Of a stretch of DNA of 64,000 nt, positions 1 through 10,482 are shown piece by piece. The notes beneath the pieces are model-generated. The model had not been told where the DNA came from. It made no database searches and saw only the letters and a program-made list of their open reading frames with translations. The DNA is from an uncultured Spirochaetota bacterium (lineage in GTDB: Bacteria; Spirochaetota; Brevinematia; Brevinematales; JAOACQ01): NCBI GenBank assembly GCA_963835575.1, contig CAWIGG010000002.1, positions 1,696,001 through 1,760,000 on the forward strand, read 5' to 3'. The position numbers and the translations under genes are program-made. Numbering within the stretch: position 1 is the first letter of the stretch; each line of letters opens with the position of its first letter.

Positions 1-1017
1 CAGGCTTTTATCATAACAAACAAAATTCTCAAATGCAATATCTTTACTATTTTCAATCTTAAAAAAAGCGACATACATCCCGATTGTATTTTCCGCTTCT
101 TCCAGCCGCCGCTTAAAAACCGGACGAAAAGCATTCTCTTTGACTTTGTCTTTTAATAACTTCGGGTTAAATGAGGCAATTATATTCGACGATAAATATT
201 CCGCGCCGGAAAGCGTTCTTACCCCGATTGCGTTTCTGTTATCGCCTACCAGTATCTCGGAAATTTCCGAGTTGACAAAGAGATCAACGCCATGCTTTGA
301 AAACTCCCTTTTATAATTCGAAAGCAGTTTATTGATCCCATTTATAGTGAAGAAACCCGGAGACCGGTAGAATCCGCCCAGTACAAAAGCATGCATAACG
401 AAAGGGACTTCTTCCGCTTTACTCCCGATAAGGATATAGCTCAATGTTCCAAGCATATCAATTAATTCTTGAGAAGCATGGTATCGCTTCAAGCAATCTC
501 TCAGGGTATAGTTGGCTGTATCCGCAAAACCGCTGTTTTCATTATTTTTACCGGGGAGCAGTGAATGATTGAAATAAAACGACTGCTCATTTACTTCTCT
601 TAATAATCTTATGTAATTATGAACAGCTTCAGCGCTTTCAGGGAAATAGGAGAGAAGCGCATTCTCCACATTATCAAATCCTTTTGGGATATGATATTCT
701 TTTGAACCGATAACAATATCGCCGTAGCCATTTTCATTCAATTCTTTTTCAATATTATCAGAAATACCCAGGTATTTTAAGAAAGCAGAAATTGCTTCCC
801 CATCATCCATCCACCCGCTTATATGCAAACCGGGACTGCATTCACAATCCATTCTTTTATAAGGTCTTATTAATGGAGCTATATCCGAATCCCTCTCAAA
901 TACTGCGACTTTTTTACCTTCTTTCGCTAAAATTAAAGCGATTGTCAATCCGCTGATGCCCGCCCCAATAACTATTGCTTCATATTTATTTAATAAGCTT
1001 TGATCATCAAACAGCAA
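1..1017 (-). CDS. Phytoene desaturase/retinol saturase-like FAD-dependent oxidoreductase (partial, runs off window start)
   Basis: Not in the ORF track. Manual translation gives ...[32 protein letters not shown]..., a Rossmann GxGxxG motif, and the frame stays open to position 1. The TTG start at 1017 overlaps the KAS gene end and is uncertain. Confidence 0.8.
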   Translation of the reverse strand, partial: MLFDDQSLLNKYEAIVIGAGISGLTIALILAKEGKKVAVFERDSDIAPLIRPYKRMDCECSPGLHISGWMDDGEAISAFLKYLGISDNIEKELNENGYGDIVIGSKEYHIPKGFDNVENALLSYFPESAEAVHNYIRLLREVNEQSFYFNHSLLPGKNNENSGFADTANYTLRDCLKRYHASQELIDMLGTLSYILIGSKAEEVPFVMHAFVLGGFYRSPGFFTINGINKLLSNYKREFSKHGVDLFVNSEISEILVGDNRNAIGVRTLSGAEYLSSNIIASFNPKLLKDKVKENAFRPVFKRRLEEAENTIGMYVAFFKIENSKDIAFENFVCYDKSL

Positions 1018-2213
1018 TTTGTTCCCCCAAATCCGGCTGAATTCAACAACATAATCTTCGGTTTTAAATCAATTGTTTCAGTTGCTATTTTTAAAGGCGG
1101 CGTTCCTTCTTCCTGCTTTGTAAAATTAATATTCGGAGCTATAAATTCCCCTTTAGACATAAGAAGGCCGTAAACCACCTGTGAAGCCCCTGCCATCCAC
1201 ATCTCATGCCCGGCCATCGATTTAATAGATGAAACCCACGGCATATCCTGCCCGAATACATTATAAATCGCCTCAGCTTCTTTGATGTCCCCTATCATTG
1301 TTGAAGTCGCATGCGCGGCAATATAATCAATATCTCCAGCTGAAAGCGCCGAACAATTAATAACGTCCCTTATACAGCGTTCCAATCCCACGCCGGAAGG
1401 CACCGATAATTTGTATCCATCTGAAGAAAAGGAATAACCCAGAATTTCGCCCAGTATATTCGCCCCTCTTTTTTCCGCCAGATCATAACGTTCCAGGGCA
1501 ACAATGGCCGAGCCTCCGCTCGGCACCAGACCATCCCTGGTTTTATCAAACGGGCGGGAAGCCCCGGCCGGATCATCCACTCTCATCGAAAAAGCTTCGG
1601 TGGCATCAAAACTGCACACGGCCTGCCAGTTAATTTCCTGAACCCCGCCGCAAAGAACCCTTTCCTGTCTGCCGCTTGCTATTAAATCGGCGGATTGGCC
1701 GATAGCATGCCCGCCGCTGGCGCAGGCTCCGCTGATTGTCCAGCTTGCGCCCTGAGTCTGTAAAAGCGCATTTAAATTAATAGTAACATGCGAATTAAGA
1801 GACATAAAGACACGAGTGGCCCCGATAGGAAGGGTCCGTTTTTCATTTTTTGTTATTTCTATTGATTCTGATACCGGAATGGCCGTGCTGTCATTCCCCA
1901 ATATTAATCCCGTTTGCGGGCTGATCAGCTCTTCCTGACGCCATCCCGCCTGAGTATAAGCGACTACCGCGGAAGAGTATGCCTGCAAGGCTTCCACTGT
2001 GAGAGTTCTGAGTTGTTTATTTTTTAAATCAGGTTTATTAAATCCCTTGATCTTTCCTGTAAGCGGGCTTCTAAAGCCAAGCTCAATTCTTTCCGGATCT
2101 ATCACAATACCGGAAATGCCCCGGCGGAGAGAATCGGTCACTGTTTGATAATCAGAACCCAGAGTTGATACAATCCCTATTCCGACTATCGCTACTTTAT
2201 ACATAAATTCCAC
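990..2213 (-). CDS. fabF: Beta-ketoacyl-ACP synthase (FabB/FabF family)
   Basis: Cys-His-His triad motifs SGACASG, AAHATST and [13 protein letters not shown]-terminal NSAGFGGTN. Confidence 0.9.
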   Translation of the reverse strand: MEFMYKVAIVGIGIVSTLGSDYQTVTDSLRRGISGIVIDPERIELGFRSPLTGKIKGFNKPDLKNKQLRTLTVEALQAYSSAVVAYTQAGWRQEELISPQTGLILGNDSTAIPVSESIEITKNEKRTLPIGATRVFMSLNSHVTINLNALLQTQGASWTISGACASGGHAIGQSADLIASGRQERVLCGGVQEINWQAVCSFDATEAFSMRVDDPAGASRPFDKTRDGLVPSGGSAIVALERYDLAEKRGANILGEILGYSFSSDGYKLSVPSGVGLERCIRDVINCSALSAGDIDYIAAHATSTMIGDIKEAEAIYNVFGQDMPWVSSIKSMAGHEMWMAGASQVVYGLLMSKGEFIAPNINFTKQEEGTPPLKIATETIDLKPKIMLLNSAGFGGTNCCLMIKAY

Positions 2214-2922
2214 CGTTTACGGCGATAATCTGTCCTGTAATATATGATGCGCCGGGAGAACATAAAAAAGAAACAACCGATGCCACTTCTTCCGGATTAC
2301 CTATTCTTTTCATGGGAATTCTTTTGATAATTTCATCTATGGGCAATCCTTTAATCATCTCCGTTTCTATGAAACCCGGAGCGACAACATTGACCCTGAT
2401 CCCGCGTCCAGCAACTTCAAGGGCCAGCGACTTGCTCGCGCCTATAATTCCTGCCTTGGCCGCAGAATAATTACCCTGCCCCGGCAATCCGCTTTGTCCG
2501 GCGGTGGAAGATATATTGACAATAATACCTTCCCGTTTCTGCAGCATATGAAATAAAACCCTTCTTGTAATATTAAAATAACCTTTAAGAGTTACATCAA
2601 TCACATCCTGCCAATCCTCATCCTTCATCCAGACCAATAATGAATCTCTTGTGATCCCGGCATTATTGACCAGCACATCCGGGACATCCTTTTCCAGCAT
2701 AGGCTGAAGAACTTTTTCCGTTTCCTCGCCTGAAGACACATCAAAAGGAAGCAATAGGCATTCCCTGCCGGCCGTTTCAACTTTTTTCTTTAACACATTC
2801 GCGGCGTCATGATTATTTCTATAATTCGCCCAGATATTATAACCATCTTCAGCTAATTTTAAAGCAATGCTGGCCCCGATTCCGCGGCCAGCTCCGGTAA
2901 TTAAAGCAATTTTTTTTTCCAT
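2197..2922 (-). CDS. fabG: 3-oxoacyl-ACP reductase
   Basis: [16 protein letters not shown] and YSAAK SDR motifs; overlaps the KAS gene. Confidence 0.92.
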   Translation of the reverse strand: MEKKIALITGAGRGIGASIALKLAEDGYNIWANYRNNHDAANVLKKKVETAGRECLLLPFDVSSGEETEKVLQPMLEKDVPDVLVNNAGITRDSLLVWMKDEDWQDVIDVTLKGYFNITRRVLFHMLQKREGIIVNISSTAGQSGLPGQGNYSAAKAGIIGASKSLALEVAGRGIRVNVVAPGFIETEMIKGLPIDEIIKRIPMKRIGNPEEVASVVSFLCSPGASYITGQIIAVNGGIYV

Positions 2923-3120
2923 AACACACTACTTATCTAAGATTTTTCTAAAATCACTATACTGCACAACAAGCTATTTAATTATTTTTAAATTTTTAAG
3001 AAGATGAATTGCGAAATATTTACCTTTTTATGAAAAAAACAGTATATGATTTTTAATTGCAATTATTCTATTTTAAAAGATTCTTTTTTTTATCTTTAGC
3101 GTATGCATCTCCCCGATCCA

Positions 3121-3156
3121 TTTTGTAGAGATGCATGGCCGTGAGTCTCTACAAAA
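3121..3156. repeat. REP-like palindrome (GTAG-type)
   Basis: TTTTGTAGAGA-tgcatggccgtgag-TCTCTACAAAA inverted repeat; a related hairpin lies at 45972-45996. Confidence 0.5.
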
Positions 3157-3526
3157 CGTTGCAGGACTATAAATAAGCTTTGATAAAAGAACCTTTCAAT
3201 CTAGATTTATTATAAACCTTGGACAAAAAAATATCAAATAATGAACTTTAAGCTATTACTTCAAAAACTCTAATTTTTGAACTTCTAATAATTAATATAC
3301 TTTGGACAAACTGTAATTTTGCAATATTTAAAATATATTTTCAACCTATTTAATCCTCAGGGCAAAACAGATCCGGCTGATAATAACTTTGTTCTTTTTA
3401 TTTTATTTTTATCACAACGGTATAATAATCGGCAGTCATTTTTAACATTGAAAGCGGAGAAATCCGTCTTTACCGGAAGAAAAAAGAATCTTTTAACCGC
3501 CGGACTTGATTCTTTCAGCAAAATAA

Positions 3527-5143
3527 TTACTTTAATGAGTCTACTGGGCTTTCCTTTGCCATCTGTTTGAATAGTTTAGCCATTCCAAATTTCAAAATAG
3601 TAGAAACACATAATATTCCCGATATTATCGCTCCTGCAATACCCATCACAGTTACATCCACTCCTGTAAGATATAAACCTTTGATACTCGTTTTCGGCTG
3701 TAAACAATTAAGTTCAAAGCGTTCAGGCGAATGTTCAAGTCCATATATTTCACCATATCTGTAATTGGTAAAATGATTTGTGGATAATGGAGTTGAGACT
3801 TCAGCGTGTACTATATGCCCCTTAATCTGAGGGAATAATTCATACAATTTAGAAAGCATTTTTTGTTTAAACCGGTCTTTTAAGGATTCATAATCCTTAC
3901 CTCTATTCATCCAGGGTCTGTCTTCAAATTCTTTGAACCAATCCAAATTAGATACTCCGATAGCCTGAATCGTTGAAGTGTCCTTATGATCTTCATCCCA
4001 TAATGGATCTTTAGCCGATGGAAATGAAATATAGGCAAAATGCAGTTTTTCATTCTCATTTTTCAACGCCTTTTTGAACATCTCATCAATAGAATATTTT
4101 TCATAAAACCAGACATTGTACTTTGGCAATTTTAAGCCGGCAGCAGATCGATCCAATCCCAGATAAAGACATAAATGCGAATGCGACGGTTTTACATTTT
4201 TAAGTTTTTCTGCCCATGGTTTATTCAAATTATTTTTGAGTAAATAATTATAGGTGTTGTAAACTCCGGCGTTACTGATTATATTTTTGAAGGCAATGAA
4301 TTTATCATTCACAATAATTCCCTGCACTTTATTTTTTTTAACAATAATTTCAGTAACCTCGGCATTCACAAAAACTTTTCCTCCAAGACCATTTAAAACT
4401 TCGATCATGCTCCGGCATATCTTATCTGATCCGCCCGCCGGATAATAGCCTCCTTCAATGAAGTGATTTACCACAAGGGCATGTGCGGCAAAACTGCTCT
4501 CTTTGGGCGGCAAACCATAATCGCCGCATTGAGCGCATAATACATTGATTAATTTAACATTATCCGTTAATCCGCTTAAAACCTGATATGTGGTTTTTGA
4601 AGAGAATTCATTGAATGCTTTTCTGAATATTCTACCTAAAGTATGTTTTAAGAAAAAAGGGAATACTTTCTGAATAAAAAACAAATTACCTTTCCCCGAC
4701 ACTTTTTCTATCAGCTTAAAGTACCTGTCAATGGCCTCTTTATCCTTCGGAAAATAGGAATGTAATTGATCTATGATTTTGTCCTTCCCGCTTGTTAAAT
4801 AGTATTCCTTTTTCCCGAAAATTATTTTGTCATAGACGTTTCCCATGTTTTCCCATTTTAATTTATTGTTTGTAAGGGAATCAGATAATTTTCTGAGCGG
4901 AGAATCCTCTTTCATATTTCCAACATAATGCACACCGACATCCCATACAAAACCATTTTTTCGCTTGAATGTATGAGAAAATCCCCCGGGGACATAATGC
5001 CTTTCCAGTACAACAACTTTTTTCCCTGTTCTGGCTAAAAACTGCGCGGCTGTCAATCCCCCAATACCGGAGCCTATTATTATAAAATCTGTTTCACTAA
5101 AGTTATATCGGGAATCAAAATTATTATATAGCTTTTCAGACAT
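3527..5143 (-). CDS. Phytoene desaturase/all-trans-retinol 13,14-reductase-like oxidoreductase
   Basis: IIGSGIGGL, ERHYVPGGFSHTF, WDVGVHYVG, STPLSTNHF and GEIYGL motifs. Confidence 0.88.
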   Translation of the reverse strand: MSEKLYNNFDSRYNFSETDFIIIGSGIGGLTAAQFLARTGKKVVVLERHYVPGGFSHTFKRKNGFVWDVGVHYVGNMKEDSPLRKLSDSLTNNKLKWENMGNVYDKIIFGKKEYYLTSGKDKIIDQLHSYFPKDKEAIDRYFKLIEKVSGKGNLFFIQKVFPFFLKHTLGRIFRKAFNEFSSKTTYQVLSGLTDNVKLINVLCAQCGDYGLPPKESSFAAHALVVNHFIEGGYYPAGGSDKICRSMIEVLNGLGGKVFVNAEVTEIIVKKNKVQGIIVNDKFIAFKNIISNAGVYNTYNYLLKNNLNKPWAEKLKNVKPSHSHLCLYLGLDRSAAGLKLPKYNVWFYEKYSIDEMFKKALKNENEKLHFAYISFPSAKDPLWDEDHKDTSTIQAIGVSNLDWFKEFEDRPWMNRGKDYESLKDRFKQKMLSKLYELFPQIKGHIVHAEVSTPLSTNHFTNYRYGEIYGLEHSPERFELNCLQPKTSIKGLYLTGVDVTVMGIAGAIISGILCVSTILKFGMAKLFKQMAKESPVDSLK

Positions 5144-5291
5144 ATAAACACATTATAAAACCCATCCCGGTTACTTAAACTTATTATAGGAAAATAATAA
5201 AAGTATATCTCCTTTTAAAGAAGCGGGCAACAATATAGTCAGATTCCTATCAATATATTCTAATTCCTGAATTTTTGGAACTGAAATTTAT

Positions 5292-6158
5292 CTAAAAGTC
5301 AAAGCTGATCCTGAACGCGCAGCCAATTTCAAACCAATCAATATTGTCAGCCGCTTCGGTATATTTTACGGTTTTATTCTGGGCAAATATATCCAATCCG
5401 CATCCGAAATGATTATACTCAAAAAGAACCCCAATACCGCCTATGTAACCAATCCCGGTCGCGGGCCCGGTATACCAATGAATGGTTTCGCTGGCTGATG
5501 CCTCTGCAAGACTCTTATAGTCGCTTGAAAGATCGAAAGTAGTAAAGTTCGGCCCCGCAAAAAAGCGGACAGCCAGGCCCATGAAACGATCGTCCCGGTT
5601 AATAAACGGCTTGAAAGGAATACGGGCTATCAGCATTGCTTTAGCCGTACCACCATAGCCGAATAAAAGAGAACTATATCCTTTAGGGAAACTTACCGAT
5701 ATTGCATAATAATCGTAACTTAAAGATATACCTACGTACTTTAAGAAATACCAATCAATACCAATTCCGGCACTTATACTGCCAATGGATTCTGGTGTAG
5801 GACTAAAACCCCAGTGAATTGAATCATACATTTTTCCGCTTATCAGATAATCAGAACAAATATTAATAAAAATGGAAACATCTTTAAATGAATTGCCGCC
5901 GGTTTTCAAAGGTTCATTAGTTCCCACTGTTTGAGCCTGTGCGGATGTTGAGTCGGAACTATCAGCTGTTGAAGCGGCTTCATTCAAAGCAAGTAAAATG
6001 GGATAGTCATTTCCTCTTTCTCCTTCAATGACAAAGGCAGGATCTTCTTTTTGGATGAACTTGCCGTCAATCGCCGTCCCTTCATTCAAATTACAGGTCT
6101 TCGCTGACACTGTGCCCGCAATAATGATCATTGCAAGCAGTAAAGTGAAGTGTTTCAT
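5292..6158 (-). CDS. Secreted probable outer-membrane beta-barrel protein
   Basis: Signal peptide, alternating amphipathic strands, C-terminal ...FRISFDF. Confidence 0.6.
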   Translation of the reverse strand: MKHFTLLLAMIIIAGTVSAKTCNLNEGTAIDGKFIQKEDPAFVIEGERGNDYPILLALNEAASTADSSDSTSAQAQTVGTNEPLKTGGNSFKDVSIFINICSDYLISGKMYDSIHWGFSPTPESIGSISAGIGIDWYFLKYVGISLSYDYYAISVSFPKGYSSLLFGYGGTAKAMLIARIPFKPFINRDDRFMGLAVRFFAGPNFTTFDLSSDYKSLAEASASETIHWYTGPATGIGYIGGIGVLFEYNHFGCGLDIFAQNKTVKYTEAADNIDWFEIGCAFRISFDF

Positions 6159-6542
6159 TTTATACCCTCCTGTGAAAATTACAGTTGATAATCAACAAAC
6201 TTTGGAACTTCGTTCATTATTCGGATTCCAAGGGCCGCTGTTTATGCTTCCAATACTCCATATGGCTGCGCCGTATACCTTTACTAAAAGTCCTATTTGC
6301 CATACAGTTCCAAAACCTGTTGTGTGGTTCGGCATGCTTGCTTCTCGAGCAGCGCCGGGGAACACCAAACAAGTTTATTGAACCAGCCGGGTTATTGGAG
6401 TTGCATATAATTAATATACCCCGCCAACACGAACAATTTGAAATATTTGAAAAATATATTTTTAACAATTCAATCCGGGGGCTGATAATGTTTTATTCGT
6501 TTAGGCGCATCAGTCCGGTAATAAACAACACCTCATACCGGC

Positions 6543-8444
6543 TCATTCCTTTTCCATTACTATTGGTGATAATATATTGAGGTGGCCGCTGGCTGCCTTC
6601 ATTTCAATTTCTTTCGTTTTGTAGCCTTCGGCATATAAAGATAATTTATACTTTCCCTTAGGAACATCAAAAAACATCAATCTTCCCTCTGAATAGAAAT
6701 CCTTGTAATCAGAATATAGAGATGAGAAAGATCTTGTTTGAGAATTATCCGGAATTATTTCGCGATGTAAACCCTGGCCTTCAAGAATTATCTTCGCGAG
6801 GTCAATATGCTGGTCAATTGCCTGCAGCATACCTCTGGAATTGGCCGGATTCGCTGTCGCGTTTACAACAGTTGCATACACAAGTATTTCTAAGCTGATC
6901 GAAAAAGAAAACTCATTTGTTCTTCCATTGGAAACAATCAGAGAAAACTTCTCGGGATTTGCCTTAAAACCGTAAGCCAATAAATTTAAACTATATTTCC
7001 CGGCAGGTATAGGGCCAATTACCTGCTTTCCCAGCAAAGGATCTAGATATAACATTTTTTCACTTTGAATTTCCTTCCTGGTTTTATTGTGTCGTATAAG
7101 TCTGGCATAAAACTGCAGCGGTACAACTTCTTCCGACAGACCATTTATTTGCAAGGAAATAAAGCCGCCTTTCAGTTCTGCAATCTTCCTGCTTTCAGCG
7201 TAAATAAGAGTTTGTATCTGCTGAATAACTTCCTTATCCTCTAATATGCCAGTATGACCGTCGTTAAATCCAAAAGTTCCCAATGATTCTAATTGGGCTC
7301 TTTCATCCAGCTGGCTCTCCAGAGTGATCGTCCCGTCATTAGCGGCTTTCCAGGGAACTCTGTCACCTTTGAATCCAAAAAACAGGTAAAAAGGGATTTG
7401 CCTGCCTATTTTTCTTATGTATAACGAAGAAATAAATTCACTTCCTGTAGCCAGGTCCCTCCAGCTATTCAAAACGACCGGAGAAGATTCAACACCTTTT
7501 TCGGCATCCTCGACCCCGCCCCATGGTGTACACAAAGTATAAAAACCGCGAATATACGGATAACTTTCCGCGAAATCAATCAGGAATTTCCTTGCCACCA
7601 ACCCGCCGATGCTATGCGCTACTATGTACAAACTATTAAAACGGTAATTCAGCTGCAGTTCACCAAGTTTCTTGTTTAATAGATTCGCCATTGATGTCAG
7701 ATGAGAACCTGAGGGATAATAATAAAACCATAGCTGATACTTCTTTCTATCGAACTGCTCCGCAAAAGCCTCGAAATTAACAGGTGAGCCCATAGCCCCA
7801 TGGATAAATAATACGGGAATTTTTTTGGGATCATATTTTTCAAGAAAATAAATATTTCCGCCGATATTCCGGAAAAATTCAACCGGTGCATAATATCCTT
7901 TTATTGCAGTCTCCAAAGAAAAAAGAGGGTCATCAAAAGAAAACAACGTCCCTGCAAGGGTACTGTGACGAGGATCAGGTCTGCCGTCTTTGACCTTGTA
8001 CCCAACCGGAAAATCTGTTCTTTCCAATCTTTTACTTGAAATGGCAATATCCAGATTTTGTATCAGCCCGCCGCCCTTTAATTCAATTTTATCAGGGGCT
8101 CCATATTGACCGGCAAATTCATTAAAGTCGAATACAAAATCATTGTTTTTATCTTCAAAGGCAAAAAGATAATAGTCGCCCTCACCAACCATTAACTCAT
8201 AGGATCCCGGGGCATCTAAATACGCATAGTGCTCAATGATAATCTCTTCATTGATTTTCTGATAAGCTACCACAATTATTGGACCTTTAATATCTTTGCT
8301 TCCTATGATCCTGCCTGATAAGATTGTTGAAGATAACGCTTTCCGAGTCTGTGAGGCAATAGTGAAAAGTGCGCATTGGAAAAGACTCAATATTATCATG
8401 AGTAAAATGAATAGGGGAATTACTTTTTTTATCAAAGTTATCAC
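6543..8444 (-). CDS. Secreted alpha/beta hydrolase (lipase-like) with flanking beta-sandwich domains
   Basis: PVLFIHG oxyanion region, VAHSIGG nucleophile elbow, TPWGG, NDG and GHTGIL. Confidence 0.75.
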   Translation of the reverse strand: MITLIKKVIPLFILLMIILSLFQCALFTIASQTRKALSSTILSGRIIGSKDIKGPIIVVAYQKINEEIIIEHYAYLDAPGSYELMVGEGDYYLFAFEDKNNDFVFDFNEFAGQYGAPDKIELKGGGLIQNLDIAISSKRLERTDFPVGYKVKDGRPDPRHSTLAGTLFSFDDPLFSLETAIKGYYAPVEFFRNIGGNIYFLEKYDPKKIPVLFIHGAMGSPVNFEAFAEQFDRKKYQLWFYYYPSGSHLTSMANLLNKKLGELQLNYRFNSLYIVAHSIGGLVARKFLIDFAESYPYIRGFYTLCTPWGGVEDAEKGVESSPVVLNSWRDLATGSEFISSLYIRKIGRQIPFYLFFGFKGDRVPWKAANDGTITLESQLDERAQLESLGTFGFNDGHTGILEDKEVIQQIQTLIYAESRKIAELKGGFISLQINGLSEEVVPLQFYARLIRHNKTRKEIQSEKMLYLDPLLGKQVIGPIPAGKYSLNLLAYGFKANPEKFSLIVSNGRTNEFSFSISLEILVYATVVNATANPANSRGMLQAIDQHIDLAKIILEGQGLHREIIPDNSQTRSFSSLYSDYKDFYSEGRLMFFDVPKGKYKLSLYAEGYKTKEIEMKAASGHLNILSPIVMEKE

Positions 8445-9238
8445 CTCACCCTATCCATTGTGTTCGATGGAGAAAACTCCCCATTTACCATATTTGTTGA
8501 ATTTTCCGTACTGTTTGTATCCTGTGTTAATTTCATTTCAATATATTCCATAGAAGAATGTTTTGAGGTAATGATCTGGTCGTACAGGAATATTTTCGTG
8601 ATAAATGTTTTTCCCTCCCATTCCTTCGGCGCGGTATAGTAAGCGGTTGTCATTTTTTTTCCGCTGAGCGCGTAGAAGTCCGCCTTTACCGGCAGAAAAA
8701 TATCTTCATCCACCCACATTTTGATTTTATTATAATTCGCACCCCTGTCCTTCGCGGACAGTTCAAGAAAAAAACATTTTTTCGCGTTCGATTTGCTTCC
8801 GTCAGGATTCATCCCGGCAATCGAATCCTCTCCTTTCGGCTCCGCGTTGTAATCCTCAGCATAACTCACTCTGGCCACATCGCCATATGATACCCCTCCC
8901 ATCAGTCTTTGCGAAGCTGTAATGCGGATGGGATTTTTTGTATTCGGGACAACAATCCAGATATCATTATCATGGATCAATATCTTCCGGCCTATCATGC
9001 TCGCCGGTTCCAGATAGGTGATCATGGTCATTTTCCCCTCTTTCACATAACCCTTCATAACAGTGGAATCCTGAAACCGATCGTTTTTATAGCTTTCAAC
9101 CCGGATTGTCATTTCAAAATCATTGCTGATTAAGCGCTGGCTGTCTATTTTCTGAATAATCTCATCCGCCGTAATGGAATATCCCCCGGCGGACACACTC
9201 AGGATAAAAAATACAATGATTATTATTTTAAGTTTCAT
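8441..9238 (-). CDS. Outer-membrane lipoprotein-sorting (TP0789/LolA-like) protein
   Basis: Signal peptide; YLEPASMIGRKIL, PIRITASQRLMGGVSYGDV and YNKIKMWVD; lies downstream of FtsX-type permeases. Confidence 0.8.
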   Translation of the reverse strand: MKLKIIIIVFFILSVSAGGYSITADEIIQKIDSQRLISNDFEMTIRVESYKNDRFQDSTVMKGYVKEGKMTMITYLEPASMIGRKILIHDNDIWIVVPNTKNPIRITASQRLMGGVSYGDVARVSYAEDYNAEPKGEDSIAGMNPDGSKSNAKKCFFLELSAKDRGANYNKIKMWVDEDIFLPVKADFYALSGKKMTTAYYTAPKEWEGKTFITKIFLYDQIITSKHSSMEYIEMKLTQDTNSTENSTNMVNGEFSPSNTMDRVR

Positions 9239-9246
9239 AGATCCTC

Positions 9247-10470
9247 CTATATCCAGCGTAATGCGTCTGTAATGGATATTTTAGATGCCCTTCTGGAAGG
9301 ATTGATGGAAGCGATCACAGCCACAAGAGCAAAAAGCAAAAGTGATAAAGCTATTACAAATAAATCCGGATGAAAATAAACATGTAAAACCACTGTCTCA
9401 TCCCCTTCCTTTATCATAACCGGCAGTCCGCCGATTAATTCAGTAAAACCTATAATTAAATAGCTGACAATTAGGCCGGTAATCCCTCCGATCAGTCCGA
9501 TCAAAGAGCTTTCGGCGATGAAAATCCTGGCTACCTGGCTTCTTTTAGTCCCAAGGGCGCGGATTGTCCCGATTTCCCGGACCCTGTCATAAAGGTTCAT
9601 ATTCACTGTATTGGATATTGTAAATGTGACAATCCCGAGAATAATTAATATGATAATAGTAAATACCGCATTATACATCAATTTAACGCTCTGGTAAAAT
9701 TCCGCCAGCGATTCCCAGACCTTATATTCCAGTTTATATTTTCTGGAAATTGCATCGATTTCCGGGAGAATTTTCCGGGTATCCGCGGTGTTTTTCAAAA
9801 GAACCACTATTTTCTGGACACTGTATCCGGTATTGAGCAGGTTTTGTATTTTTCCCAGCGATGCCGCTGCCGAAATATTATCCGCATCCGCATATCCGGT
9901 GTGAGTTAAACCTATCACCTCGAAATCCACGGCGTTTATTCCGCCGCCCTTCATGTTTCCCATTAATGTCAATGTGTCGCCGATTTTAGCCGAGAGCTTT
10001 TTTGCCAGACCATCCCCGATAATCAATCCGTCAGGTTTTGCCGAACTCAAATTTGTACCGCTGATCAGGCCTGAATAGAAATTGAGCCTTGACTCATTTT
10101 CAGGATTCCCGGCTTCACCTATGACCACAGCGGATTTTTCGCCGGATGAGAGGATCCCGCTGAAAGCCATACGGGTAGTCACCAGTTCTACTCCGGGTAT
10201 ACTCCGCAATTCTTTTAAAACCGGAGCGGTATTTTTGATCAGATATTGAAAAGGATCATCACTGCCGTATTTTGAAAAACCTTCCGAATATAACTGGTAG
10301 TGTCCGATCCCGCTATGGATCATGGATTCTTTCAGCTCATTCGAGTTCCAGTTGAAGAAACCATGGGTCAACAGGCAGGCTGTCATTCCAATTATAATTG
10401 AAATCATGGTAATCAAAGAACGCCTGAAATTTTTTATGATATTCCTGAACCCGACTTTTAAATAAAACAA
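9247..10470 (-). CDS. ABC transporter permease (FtsX/LolE/MacB-like)
   Basis: RNIIKNFRRS N-terminus, large periplasmic domain, DRVREIGTIRALG motif. Confidence 0.9.
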   Translation of the reverse strand: MFYLKVGFRNIIKNFRRSLITMISIIIGMTACLLTHGFFNWNSNELKESMIHSGIGHYQLYSEGFSKYGSDDPFQYLIKNTAPVLKELRSIPGVELVTTRMAFSGILSSGEKSAVVIGEAGNPENESRLNFYSGLISGTNLSSAKPDGLIIGDGLAKKLSAKIGDTLTLMGNMKGGGINAVDFEVIGLTHTGYADADNISAAASLGKIQNLLNTGYSVQKIVVLLKNTADTRKILPEIDAISRKYKLEYKVWESLAEFYQSVKLMYNAVFTIIILIILGIVTFTISNTVNMNLYDRVREIGTIRALGTKRSQVARIFIAESSLIGLIGGITGLIVSYLIIGFTELIGGLPVMIKEGDETVVLHVYFHPDLFVIALSLLLFALVAVIASINPSRRASKISITDALRWI

Positions 10471-10482
10471 ACAGCCTCCCTC

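Noticed and set aside
3319..3570. 83-aa plus-strand ORF
   Set aside because: TTG start, no RBS, overlaps the convergent gene end, low-complexity composition.
6160..6540. Overlapping small ORFs on both strands
   Set aside because: No RBS or motif support for any frame, so none can be called.
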